DNA of 60,046 nt from Ilumatobacteraceae bacterium (GCA_051005355.1 JBPCJL010000105.1:1-60046), one strand, 5' to 3'; shown: positions 9,271 through 17,103, numbered from the stretch's first letter. Notes: generated by a model from the sequence alone, not told the origin. Translations and numbers: made by a program.

Positions 9271-9533
9271 GTGAGCGAGCGTCCGGGCCGAGATCCCGAG
9301 CTGACGGCAGAAGCAAGCGAGCGAACGATCGTTGCGTGTGAGCGAGCGTCCGGGCCGAGATCCCGAGCTGACGGCAGAAGCAAGCGAGCGAACGATCGTT
9401 GCGTGGGAGCGAGCGTCGGGCCGAGATCCCGAGCTGACGACAGAAGCAAGCGAGCGAACGGTCGTTGCGTGGGAGCGAGCGTCCGGGCCGAGATCCCGAG
9501 CTGACGGCAAAAGCAAGCGAGCGAACGATCGTG
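9271..9533. repeat. Tandem repeat, 4 copies of a 66-67-bp unit, in the divergent intergenic region
   Basis: Units are 9271-9337 and 9338-9404 (identical), 9405-9470 (4 changes including a 1-nt deletion) and 9471-~9533 (end diverged). The unit is gtgagcgagcgtccgggccgagatcccgagctgacggcagaagcaagcgagcgaacgatcgttgcgt. The period is not a multiple of 3. Each unit ends with the palindrome AACGATCGTT (intact in units 1 and 2). Confidence 0.95.
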
Positions 9534-9550
9534 AGTAGCGTCCCGGCCCG

Positions 9551-10450
9551 ATGGATGCAGCAGCGACCGTCGAGCGGCGGCGCATCCTCCTCGACGGGTA
9601 CCCGACCGCCGTCGAGCGCCACGGTGATCTTGTCGTGGCCGGCGACGGGCGCGAGGTCGCTATCGACGAGGCCGTCCACCTGCCGCCCGTCGAGCCGACG
9701 AAGATCCTGTGCATTCACCTCAACTACGCCAGCCGCGTGCGGGAGTTCATGACCAAGCTGCCGCCGGCGCCGACGTACTTCCACAAGCCGATCACGGCAC
9801 TCAACGCCCACGGCGGCGACGTGGTGCGCCCCCACCGCTGCCAGTGGCTGAACTACGAGGGTGAGATCGCCATCGTGATCGGCCGCACGTGCCGCAACGT
9901 CGCCCCGGCCGACGCCGGCCGGTACATCGCCGGGTACACGATCGCCAACGACTACGGGCTGCACGACTTCCGCGACACCGACGCTGGTTCGATGCTGCGC
10001 GTCAAGGGCTCCGACACGCTGTGCCCGGTCGGACCTGCGGTGGTGGAGGGCTGGGACCCCCGACGCAAGGGCATCCGTACGCTGGTCAACGGCGTCGTCC
10101 GCCAGGACGGCTCGACGGACGAGATGGAGTGGGACATGCACTACCTCGTCGCCGACCTGGCCCGCACGATCACGCTCGTGCCGGGCGACCTCGTGCTGTC
10201 GGGCACGCCGGCCAACTCGCGGCCGGTCGAGCCGGGTGACGTCGTGACGGTCGAGGTCGAGGGCCTGGGCGCGCTGACCAACCGGATCGTCGCCGGGCCG
10301 GCGCCGATCCGCGACGACGTCGGCGCCCAACCGTCCGAGTCGGAGGAGGTCCGCTCGACCGCCCTCGGCGGCGACTGGGAGTTCCGCGGCGTGCGCGCCC
10401 CCGAGGGCCCCGGCGCCCGCCACTACGAGTCCGCCCTGGACCAGCGATGA
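9551..10450 (+). CDS. Fumarylacetoacetate hydrolase (FAH) family protein, HpaG-like decarboxylase/isomerase
   Basis: KILCIHLNYASR, YEGEIAIVIG, and GDLVLSGTPAN, which are FAH-fold metal and substrate motifs. Sits next to hpaE and hpaD. Confidence 0.85.
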   Translation: MDAAATVERRRILLDGYPTAVERHGDLVVAGDGREVAIDEAVHLPPVEPTKILCIHLNYASRVREFMTKLPPAPTYFHKPITALNAHGGDVVRPHRCQWLNYEGEIAIVIGRTCRNVAPADAGRYIAGYTIANDYGLHDFRDTDAGSMLRVKGSDTLCPVGPAVVEGWDPRRKGIRTLVNGVVRQDGSTDEMEWDMHYLVADLARTITLVPGDLVLSGTPANSRPVEPGDVVTVEVEGLGALTNRIVAGPAPIRDDVGAQPSESEEVRSTALGGDWEFRGVRAPEGPGARHYESALDQR

Positions 10451-10520
10451 CCCCATCCGAGGGTTTGCTGCATCGGAGGGTTTGGTGAGGGGAAGCCCCT
10501 CGTGAAACCCTCCGATGGGG
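10451..10520. repeat. REP-like nested palindromic element, copy A (three arms plus central hairpin)
   Basis: L1 ccccatccgagggttt (10451-66), L2 catcggagggttt (10471-83), hairpin gagggg-aag-cccctc (10487-501), R aaaccctccgatgggg (10505-20). L2:R is a perfect 13 bp. L1:R is 16 bp with 1 mismatch. Confidence 0.85.
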
Positions 10521-11968
10521 CCATTGACGTTGCTGGCGTGCTCGTGTCGCCGGACCACCTGATCGGCGGCGCGCGGGTGTCGTCGCCGAGGACGTTCGAG
10601 GACCGGTCGCCACTCGACTGGTCGTGGAAGCTGGCCGACGTCGCTCGGGGCGACGCGTCGACGGCCGCCGCCGCCGTCAGCGCCGCCGTCGATGCATTTC
10701 CTGCGTGGGCCGCACTCGGACCGCTCCGACGAGGCGAGCTGCTGCACCGCCTGGCCGACCTCATCGACGCCCGCACGGAGGACATCGCCATCGTCGAGAC
10801 GGTCGACATGGCGATGCTGCACGAGTCGATGCGCCTGCGCCTCGTGGCCCGCGGTGCCGTCAACTTCCGGACCTATGCGGACCTGGCGGCGAGCTACGAG
10901 GAGCGGCACTGGTCGTCGAAGGGCACGGCCAACACCGTCGTGCGGATGCCGGCCGGACCGGCCGTGATCATCACGCCGTGGAACGCCCCGTTCATGCTGT
11001 CGACGTGGAAGGTGGCGCCGGCGCTGGCCGCCGGCAACACCGTCATCCTCAAGCCGGCCGAATGGTCGCCGCTGTCGTGCTCGCTGCTCGCCGACCTGAC
11101 CGTCGAGGCCGGCTTCCCGCCCGGCGTGTTCAACCTCGTGCAGGGCATCGGCGAGGAGGTCGGTCCACCACTCGTCAGCGACCCGCGGATCCGGCGGATC
11201 AGCTTCACCGGGTCGCCGGAGACGGCCCGCCACATCGGGAAGGCGGCGGCCGAGAACATCGTGCCCTTCACGGCCGAGCTCGGCGGCAAGGGCCCGCTGA
11301 TCGTGTTCGCCGACGCCGACCTCGACGCCGCCGCCCGCAAGGCGGCCGGGCAGTACGACGATTCCGGGCAGGTCTGCCTGGCCGGGACCCGGCTGCTCGT
11401 CGAGGCGTCCGCGCGGGACGACTTCGTCGGCCGCTTCGAGCGCTTCGTCGACGAGCATGTCCTCGGCGACAGCCGCGACCCGACGACGACGATCGCCCCG
11501 ATGATCCACCCCGACCACGTGACCCGCGTGCTCGGCTTCGTCGAGCGGGCCCATGATGCCGGCGACGCGATCGTGCGCGGCGGTCACCGTGTGGGCGACA
11601 CCCTGCACGTCGAGCCGACGCTGATCGAGCCGCAGTCCAACGACAGCGAGGTGGTCCAGCAGGAGGTGTTCGGCCCGGTCCTCACGCTGCAGACGTTCGA
11701 GACCGAGGACGAGGCCGTGGAGCTGGCCAACTCGACCGTCTACGGACTGTCGGCGATCGTGTACACGTCGTCGCAGGAGCGCGCCGAGCGCGTCGGCCGG
11801 GCGGTCCGGGCGGGCATCGTGTGGGTCAACACGTTCCTCGTGCGCGACCTGACGGCGCCGTTCGGCGGCATCGGCATCTCCGGCATCGGTCGCGAGGGCG
11901 GCGACTACGCCCTCGACTTCCACAGCGACCTCAAGACACTCCAGATCCTGGAGCACACCACCAGCTGA
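10502..11968 (+). CDS. hpaE: 5-carboxymethyl-2-hydroxymuconate semialdehyde dehydrogenase (aldehyde dehydrogenase family)
   Basis: FTAELGGKGP and GQVCLAGTR (catalytic Cys). The C-terminal VWVNTFLVRDLTAPFGGIGISGIGREGGDYALDF closely parallels E. coli HpaE as I remember it. Start is ambiguous: GTG 10502 lies inside the repeat element, and GTG 10538 is an alternative. Confidence 0.85.
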   Translation: MKPSDGAIDVAGVLVSPDHLIGGARVSSPRTFEDRSPLDWSWKLADVARGDASTAAAAVSAAVDAFPAWAALGPLRRGELLHRLADLIDARTEDIAIVETVDMAMLHESMRLRLVARGAVNFRTYADLAASYEERHWSSKGTANTVVRMPAGPAVIITPWNAPFMLSTWKVAPALAAGNTVILKPAEWSPLSCSLLADLTVEAGFPPGVFNLVQGIGEEVGPPLVSDPRIRRISFTGSPETARHIGKAAAENIVPFTAELGGKGPLIVFADADLDAAARKAAGQYDDSGQVCLAGTRLLVEASARDDFVGRFERFVDEHVLGDSRDPTTTIAPMIHPDHVTRVLGFVERAHDAGDAIVRGGHRVGDTLHVEPTLIEPQSNDSEVVQQEVFGPVLTLQTFETEDEAVELANSTVYGLSAIVYTSSQERAERVGRAVRAGIVWVNTFLVRDLTAPFGGIGISGIGREGGDYALDFHSDLKTLQILEHTTS

Positions 11969-12055
11969 CCATCGGAGGGTTTCGAGGCTCCGGAGGGTTT
12001 CGTGCGCCCCTGCCGGTACGCAAACCCTCCGGTGCGCTGAAACCCTCCGATGGGG
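11969..12055. repeat. REP-like nested palindromic element, copy B (four arms); fills the whole convergent intergenic gap
   Basis: Outer pair ccatcggagggttt (11969-82) / aaaccctccgatgggg (12040-55). Inner pair ccggagggttt (11990-12000) / aaaccctccgg (12022-32). Bounded exactly by the hpaE stop (11968) and the hpaD stop (12056). Confidence 0.9.
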
Positions 12056-12937
12056 TCAGGCCGGAGCTGTCCAGCCGGATTGGGGGCGGTCGAACCAGAC
12101 GTGGACCTGGCCGGTGCCGAGCGCGTTCTCGTAGTCGCTGTAGCGGACGCCAGGGGCGGCGCAGTTGCGACCGCCGATCGCCGCCACCATCATCAGGTAG
12201 TGCCCGAACATCGCCTCCGGCTTGTACCGCAGGAACTCGGGCATCGTGTCGATGACCTTGGCGTGGTCGCCGGCCTCGAGCCACGCCAACCGTTCGAGGT
12301 CCGCCTCCCGCGCCTCCGGCGTGCGGATGTGCGCCGGGTCCGACGACTCGTGGTCGCGCACCTGGCGCAGCTTCCAGAACGTGTGGCTCATCGCCCCGCT
12401 GGCCAGCAGGACCACCCGCCGGTCGCTGCGCTGGATGGCGCGCCCGATCGCCTCACCGACGAGCAGGAAGTCGTCGGTCTCGGCCGTCTGCGCCGTGCTC
12501 ACGCTGACCCACCGCTCGTCGCCCTGCAGGAACGGCAGCAGGTTCGTCGTCGGATAGTGGATGGGCAAGAACGGGTCGTCGATCGGCGTCATCCACGACC
12601 CGGCTGCGCCGACCTCCTCGGCGATCAGCTTCGCCAGCTCCGGATCACCCGGGAAGTCGTACGGCATCTGGCGCATGCCACGTGGCAGCTCCTCTGACGT
12701 GTACGTGCCCGCGCGCCGATCGTGCGCAGCGACGACGAACTCGACCGTCGTGTGCCAGTGGGCGTCGAAGACGACGATCGTGTCCGAGTGCAGCGGATCG
12801 AGCACCTCCGCCTTCATCCGGTGCAAGCCCGGCACGAGGCTGATCTCGTGCCCTTCGTTCAACTCGCGGCGCGTCTCCTCGGGCAGCACCATCGTCGGGA
12901 CGTGGGCGACGAGTGCGGCGCCGACGACTTCACCCAC
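12056..12937 (-). CDS. hpaD: 3,4-dihydroxyphenylacetate (homoprotocatechuate) 2,3-dioxygenase, LigB-type extradiol dioxygenase
   Basis: AHVPTMVL, TIVVFDAHWH, LLASGAMSH, and C-terminal GTGQVHVWF, collinear with E. coli HpaD as I remember it. GTG start at 12937. Confidence 0.9.
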   Translation of the reverse strand: MGEVVGAALVAHVPTMVLPEETRRELNEGHEISLVPGLHRMKAEVLDPLHSDTIVVFDAHWHTTVEFVVAAHDRRAGTYTSEELPRGMRQMPYDFPGDPELAKLIAEEVGAAGSWMTPIDDPFLPIHYPTTNLLPFLQGDERWVSVSTAQTAETDDFLLVGEAIGRAIQRSDRRVVLLASGAMSHTFWKLRQVRDHESSDPAHIRTPEAREADLERLAWLEAGDHAKVIDTMPEFLRYKPEAMFGHYLMMVAAIGGRNCAAPGVRYSDYENALGTGQVHVWFDRPQSGWTAPA

Positions 12938-12940
12938 GGC

Positions 12941-13690
12941 TCAGCTCCGGACGGAGCGGGCCGCGCCGGCGCGCTCGACGAGCCAGGCGAACACCGGGTC
13001 GGTGGCGCTCGTGGTGAGCAGCTCGGGATGCCACTGCACGGCGAGCACGTCGTGACCAGGCCACTCGAGCGCCTCGATCGTCCCGTCGGTGCTGCGGGCC
13101 GCCACCACCCAGCCCTCGGCTACCTGATCGACGGTCTGGTGGTGCAACGAGTTGACCGTGTGCGCCGCGCCGTACATCTCGTGCAGTTGCGTGCCGTCCT
13201 CGACGGTCAGCTCGTCGACGCGCTCGGCCGGCGGGACGTCGTAGCGGGCGTGCTCTGGCACGTGCTGGTGCAGCGACCCGCCGGCCCAGACGTTGAGCAA
13301 CTGCAACCCGCGACAGATGCCGAGCACCGGCACGTCGTCGGCCATCGCCACGTCGATGAAGCCGAGCTCGAGCCGATCACGGGCCGGCTCGGGCGGATAG
13401 ATGTCCGTCTCGGGCGGCGCCCCGTAGAGCGACGGATCGACGTCGGCACCCCCGGACAGCAGCAGTCCATCGAGGCGACCGACGAACTCCGCCGGATCGA
13501 CGTGCAACGGCAGGTGCACGGGCAAGCCTCCGGCCGCCGTCACCGCGCGGGCGTACTCGTTCACGTAGACGTCGATGTCGACGTCGGCGAGGCTGGTCGG
13601 GAAGCCCTTGATGTCCCCGCCCCGCTTGCGCCGGCCAGTCAGACCGATCAGCGGCCGCGCACCCACAGCACCCACGGTACCCATGCTCAC
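12941..13690 (-). CDS. Gamma-glutamyl-gamma-aminobutyrate hydrolase family (PuuD-like, peptidase C26 / class I amidotransferase-like)
   Basis: GICRGLQLLNV (nucleophile Cys) and LAVQWHPE (catalytic His). Ends 3 nt before the hpaD start. Confidence 0.85.
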   Translation of the reverse strand: MSMGTVGAVGARPLIGLTGRRKRGGDIKGFPTSLADVDIDVYVNEYARAVTAAGGLPVHLPLHVDPAEFVGRLDGLLLSGGADVDPSLYGAPPETDIYPPEPARDRLELGFIDVAMADDVPVLGICRGLQLLNVWAGGSLHQHVPEHARYDVPPAERVDELTVEDGTQLHEMYGAAHTVNSLHHQTVDQVAEGWVVAARSTDGTIEALEWPGHDVLAVQWHPELLTTSATDPVFAWLVERAGAARSVRS

Positions 13691-13736
13691 CGACCGTTCG
13701 GCCCGCCTGGGCAGCGAGCACGACCCAGCCCGAGCG

Positions 13737-14015
13737 TCAGCGCGTGAGGGCGCGACGGCGTGTGACAGCGCGGTAGACGAGCAGCGCGATGATCGCGCCC
13801 ACGACAGAACCGATGATCCCGGACGCCTGGAACCACCCGTCCTCGGAGTCGTGGCCGAAGATGAGGCGACCGAGGAAGCCGCCCACGAAGCTGCCGACCA
13901 CGCCGAGCAGCCATGTCGCCCCGAGGCTCATGGGATCGCGGCCGGGCACCAGCAGCCGGGCGAGGAACCCGGCCACGAAGCCGATGATGATGAGGAAGAT
14001 GATGAAGCCGATCAC
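13737..14015 (-). CDS. GlsB/YeaQ/YmgE-family small membrane protein
   Basis: ORF 13737..14189(-) trimmed to GTG 14015 (VIGFIIFLIIIGFVAGFLARLLVPG), with gagagga 6 nt upstream. 92 aa, Gly-rich TM helices. Confidence 0.75.
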   Translation of the reverse strand: MIGFIIFLIIIGFVAGFLARLLVPGRDPMSLGATWLLGVVGSFVGGFLGRLIFGHDSEDGWFQASGIIGSVVGAIIALLVYRAVTRRRALTR

Positions 14016-14114
14016 GGGCGGTCCTCTCGTCGAGCCCGGCCACGGCGCCGAGCGGATCGACCGATACCCGTGGCCACCGCCGGAGAAACCGTGCCCCCAC
14101 GCAGGTCCGGCGAC

Positions 14115-14783
14115 ATGGCCGCCATGAGGCCGCGCTACCGCAACCGTCGTGAGGCGGGTGAGGTGCTGGCCGAGCTCGTCCAGGACCACGTCGAAAAGGC
14201 GACGGACCCGATCACGGTGCTGGGCCTGGCTCGCGGTGGGGTGCCCGTCGGCGCCCCCATCGCCGACCGGATCGGCGCCGTCCTCGACGTCCTGACGGTG
14301 CGCAAGATCGGCGCGCCGGGCCAGCGCGAGCTGGCCATCGGCGCCGTGGCGTCCGGCGGCCTGATGGTCCTCAACGACGACCTGGTCGCCCGCCTCGGGT
14401 TCAGCCGGCGCGACGTCGAGGTGCAGGCCGACGTCGCCCGCCGCGAGCTGTCCGAGCGCGAGGCGCGGTTCCGTCGTGATGCGCTCGCGGAGCCGCTGGC
14501 CGGGCGGATCGTCGTCGTGGTCGACGATGGTCTCGCCACCGGCGCCACGATGCGGGCCGCGCTCGATGCCGTCCGGGCCGCCGGTGCCACCGCGGTGATC
14601 GCCGCCGCCCCAGTCGGTGCGCCGGACTCGTGCCAGCTCGTCGCCGCATCCGCCGACGCGCTGATCTGCCCGATGCAGCCCGAGCGGTTCAGCGCCGTCG
14701 GTCAGTGGTACGACGACTTCTCGACCACCACCGACGACGACGTGCTGCGTCTGCTGGCCACAGCGCGCCGTCCAGCCGGCTGA
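14115..14783 (+). CDS. Phosphoribosyltransferase-family protein
   Basis: ORF 13575..14783(+) trimmed to MAAMRPRYRNRREAGEVLA (ATG 14115). PRPP loop VVVVDDGLATGATMRAA. The upstream part of the ORF is antisense to the GlsB-like gene. Confidence 0.8.
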   Translation: MAAMRPRYRNRREAGEVLAELVQDHVEKATDPITVLGLARGGVPVGAPIADRIGAVLDVLTVRKIGAPGQRELAIGAVASGGLMVLNDDLVARLGFSRRDVEVQADVARRELSEREARFRRDALAEPLAGRIVVVVDDGLATGATMRAALDAVRAAGATAVIAAAPVGAPDSCQLVAASADALICPMQPERFSAVGQWYDDFSTTTDDDVLRLLATARRPAG

Positions 14784-14840
14784 AAATCCCTTCTGTCCTG
14801 CGCAACCGGCCCGTGAGCCGATTCCGACGAACAGAACGTC

Positions 14841-15791
14841 TCAGACCGGCTGCCCGCCGCGGTAACGGAACCGGCCGGCGGCATCCCAGGGGCCGGGGCG
14901 TTCACCCACGAGGTCGGGTCGTCCGGCCAGCAGCCGCTCGAGCTTGGCCGGGTTGACGACGAGGCGCAGCTGCGTCACGTGGTCATTGTCGGCCGAAGCT
15001 ACGAGCACGGCCCAGCCAGCGGCGGTGTAGGCGACCAGCCCGGGCTCGCCGTTGATCCGACACTGCCGCAGCAGCGGGTCGTCACCCAACGCCCGGGCCA
15101 GCCCGCCGAGCAACCGCACCACGCGGTCGCGCCCCTGCACCGGCCGCATCGCCGCGTGCACGACACCGCCGCCGTCGCTCGTCATGACGACGTCGGGCGA
15201 CAGCGTGTCGAGCAGCGCCTCGAGCTCCCCGTCGAGGGTCGCCGAGATGAACCGCTCGGCGATGCGCTCCGCCCGGGCCCGGTCGGCGCGCTCCACTGAT
15301 CTCGGGACCGTCACATGACGCCGGGCGCGGTGCAGCGCTTGCCGGCACGCCGCCTCCGAGCGCCCGACCGCCTCGGCCACGACGCCGTAGGGGTATTCCA
15401 GTACGTCGCGCAGCACCAGCACCGCCCGCTCGATCGGCGTCAACCGCTCGAGCAGCAGCAGGAAGCCCATCGTCAGCGTCTCGTGACGCTCGAGATCGTC
15501 GCCAGGGCTGGCCTCCGTGGCCACCGGCTCGGGTAGCCACACCCCCGGATAGGACTCCCGCTGCAGCCGGGCCGAGCGCAGCACGTCAAGGGCCCGACGG
15601 GTCGTGACCGTGACCATCCACGCCTCCGGCACGTCGATCGCGGACCGGTCGGCGGCGGCCCAGCGCTCGGCCACGTCGCCAACGACGTCCTCGGCCTCGA
15701 CCACGCTGCCGAGCATCCGGTAGGCGATCGACATCAGCTTGGGCCGGGTCGCTTCCAAGGCGTCAGCCGCGTCGTCGCCGTTGTTCCTCAC
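14841..15791 (-). CDS. sigJ: ECF sigma factor, ECF41/SigJ type, with fused C-terminal SnoaL-like domain
   Basis: Sigma2 region (LMSIAYRMLGSVVEAEDVVGDV...W) and sigma4 HTH (ERAVLVLRDVLEYPYGVVAEAVGRSEAACRQALHRARR), followed by a ~140-aa extension. No anti-sigma gene is adjacent. 4-nt overlap with the upstream oxidoreductase gene. Confidence 0.85.
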   Translation of the reverse strand: MRNNGDDAADALEATRPKLMSIAYRMLGSVVEAEDVVGDVAERWAAADRSAIDVPEAWMVTVTTRRALDVLRSARLQRESYPGVWLPEPVATEASPGDDLERHETLTMGFLLLLERLTPIERAVLVLRDVLEYPYGVVAEAVGRSEAACRQALHRARRHVTVPRSVERADRARAERIAERFISATLDGELEALLDTLSPDVVMTSDGGGVVHAAMRPVQGRDRVVRLLGGLARALGDDPLLRQCRINGEPGLVAYTAAGWAVLVASADNDHVTQLRLVVNPAKLERLLAGRPDLVGERPGPWDAAGRFRYRGGQPV

Positions 15792-17062
15792 GCGTAGGAG
15801 AGCTCCGGCTCGGTCGCCATCACGCGCTCCGCCGCCGCCGCACCCGACAGGATCGATGCGTCGGCGAGGACGCCGTCCGGCCCGATCCAGTCCCCGGCGA
15901 CCGCCAGGCCACGCACGCCGGTGACGTCGACCCGTGGGCGCCCGCTGGCGCCACCCGTCGCGGCGCGTGGGTGGTCGCCGGCCACCATCGACCGGGGGAC
16001 GTAGCGGGCATCGACGACGTGGTCACGCCAGTCGGGTTGAGCCACGTCGAGCACGCGCTCGAGGCTGCCCCGATGATCGCCGCCCTCCTCACCCGGCCGG
16101 AGGTAGCGACCCACGTTGATCACGGCCCCGCCCGGCGGGGCGACGTCGGCCACGGAGCTCTGCACGCTGATGAAGACGGGCTCGTCGACGCCGAGGACGT
16201 TGGGGAACCGTCGCTCCGGCAGCGGACGCAGGGCGACGTCGAGGTGCGCCATACGGACCGGTACCGCCGCCGTCGCCGCCGCCTCGACGCGCCGGGCCGC
16301 CTCGCCGCCGAGGAGCCGGGCGACGCGCCCCGGGTCGTTGACGGCGATGACGACGGCATCGGCGGCCATCATGCGCCCGTCGCTCAGCCACACGGCGTGC
16401 ACCGCGTCGTCGCCGTGTTCGACCCCTGTGACGGTCGCCTTCGTCTCGACGGTGCCATCGTGATCGCGCAGAACATCGGCCAGGCCATCGACCAGCGACG
16501 ACCATCCGCCGTGGAGGTACAAGACGCCGTGGGCGGCGGCCCGGAGCTGGGTCGCTGCGGCGCCGGCGTCGAGCAGATCGTGGTCCGCCGTGTACGTCGC
16601 CGTGCGCACCACCGAGGCCAGCATCGCCCGCCCGGCCGGATCATCGGTGACGTCGTCAATCCACTCCTGTGCCGGGCGACCCGCCCAGGACGCGGCATCC
16701 CCGTCGCCCAGCCCGGCCATGGCCCGGGCCACGCGCAGCCGGTCCCGCACCTCGTGGCGCAGGTACCCGAACGCCGGGACGACGATGCCGTCGACGTAGA
16801 CGCCGGCCCGGTCCAGCCGCGGCCGGCGGCCGCGCACGGAAACACCGAGGCGGCGCAGCACGGCGAGACCGCCGCCTCTGCGATACAGCGCGTGCGGTCC
16901 GAGGTTGACGTGGAAGCCGTCGCGGCGGCGAGAGCGGGCGCGACCGCCGAGGTGCTCTCCGCCTTCGAGCAGCGTGACGGTGCGCCCGGTGCGGGCGACG
17001 GTGGCGGCGGCGGTCAGACCGGCGAGTCCGCCGCCGATGACGATGGTGCGTGGTTCATCCAT
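15788..17062 (-). CDS. FAD-dependent oxidoreductase (phytoene desaturase/amine oxidase-like)
   Basis: ORF 15788..17134(-) trimmed to MDEPRTIVIGGGLAGLTAA (GxGxxG) at ATG 17062. LEGGEHLGGR follows. Confidence 0.8.
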   Translation of the reverse strand: MDEPRTIVIGGGLAGLTAAATVARTGRTVTLLEGGEHLGGRARSRRRDGFHVNLGPHALYRRGGGLAVLRRLGVSVRGRRPRLDRAGVYVDGIVVPAFGYLRHEVRDRLRVARAMAGLGDGDAASWAGRPAQEWIDDVTDDPAGRAMLASVVRTATYTADHDLLDAGAAATQLRAAAHGVLYLHGGWSSLVDGLADVLRDHDGTVETKATVTGVEHGDDAVHAVWLSDGRMMAADAVVIAVNDPGRVARLLGGEAARRVEAAATAAVPVRMAHLDVALRPLPERRFPNVLGVDEPVFISVQSSVADVAPPGGAVINVGRYLRPGEEGGDHRGSLERVLDVAQPDWRDHVVDARYVPRSMVAGDHPRAATGGASGRPRVDVTGVRGLAVAGDWIGPDGVLADASILSGAAAAERVMATEPELSYA

Positions 17063-17070
17063 GGCAGTGA

Positions 17071-17097
17071 GACGATTCACCGGATCGGCTTGTGACG
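17071..17097 (-). promoter_or_regulatory. Candidate ECF41-type promoter (cGTCACA-N16-CGTC) directly upstream of the oxidoreductase-sigJ operon
   Basis: The minus strand reads caGCGTCACAagccgatccggtgaatCGTCtcactgccATG. This matches the ECF41 target motif TGTCACA-n16-CGTC (recalled from the literature) at 6 of 7 plus 4 of 4 positions with exact 16-nt spacing. Only 8 nt separate CGTC from the ATG. Confidence 0.5.
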
Positions 17098-17103
17098 CTG
17101 CCG

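Noticed and set aside
9234-9449. 72-codon N-terminal extension of the GH3 gene (MLLSSARDLGPTLAPTQRSFARLLLPSARDLGP...)
   Set aside because: The extension is a translation of the 67-bp tandem repeat, whose period is not a multiple of 3. The GH3 homology begins at VVRAAELSVEQK.
9271-9533. Tandem repeat considered as a CRISPR array
   Set aside because: The units are directly adjacent with no unique spacers, the unit is 67 bp long, and no cas genes are present.
8882-11956. 1024-codon ORF on the minus strand spanning the GH3 5' end, the tandem repeats, the FAH-family gene and hpaE
   Set aside because: It is antisense to three well-supported genes and crosses a non-coding 67-bp repeat. The translation is low-complexity and rich in Arg, Gly, Asp and Val with no recognisable motif. 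This is a typical stop-codon-poor shadow frame in very GC-rich DNA.
13575-14114. N-terminal 180 codons of ORF 13575..14783 and the 150-codon version of the GlsB-like ORF (up to 14189)
   Set aside because: The two extensions overlap each other on opposite strands and are low-complexity. The recognisable PRTase and GlsB/YeaQ sequences begin at ATG 14115 and GTG 14015 respectively.
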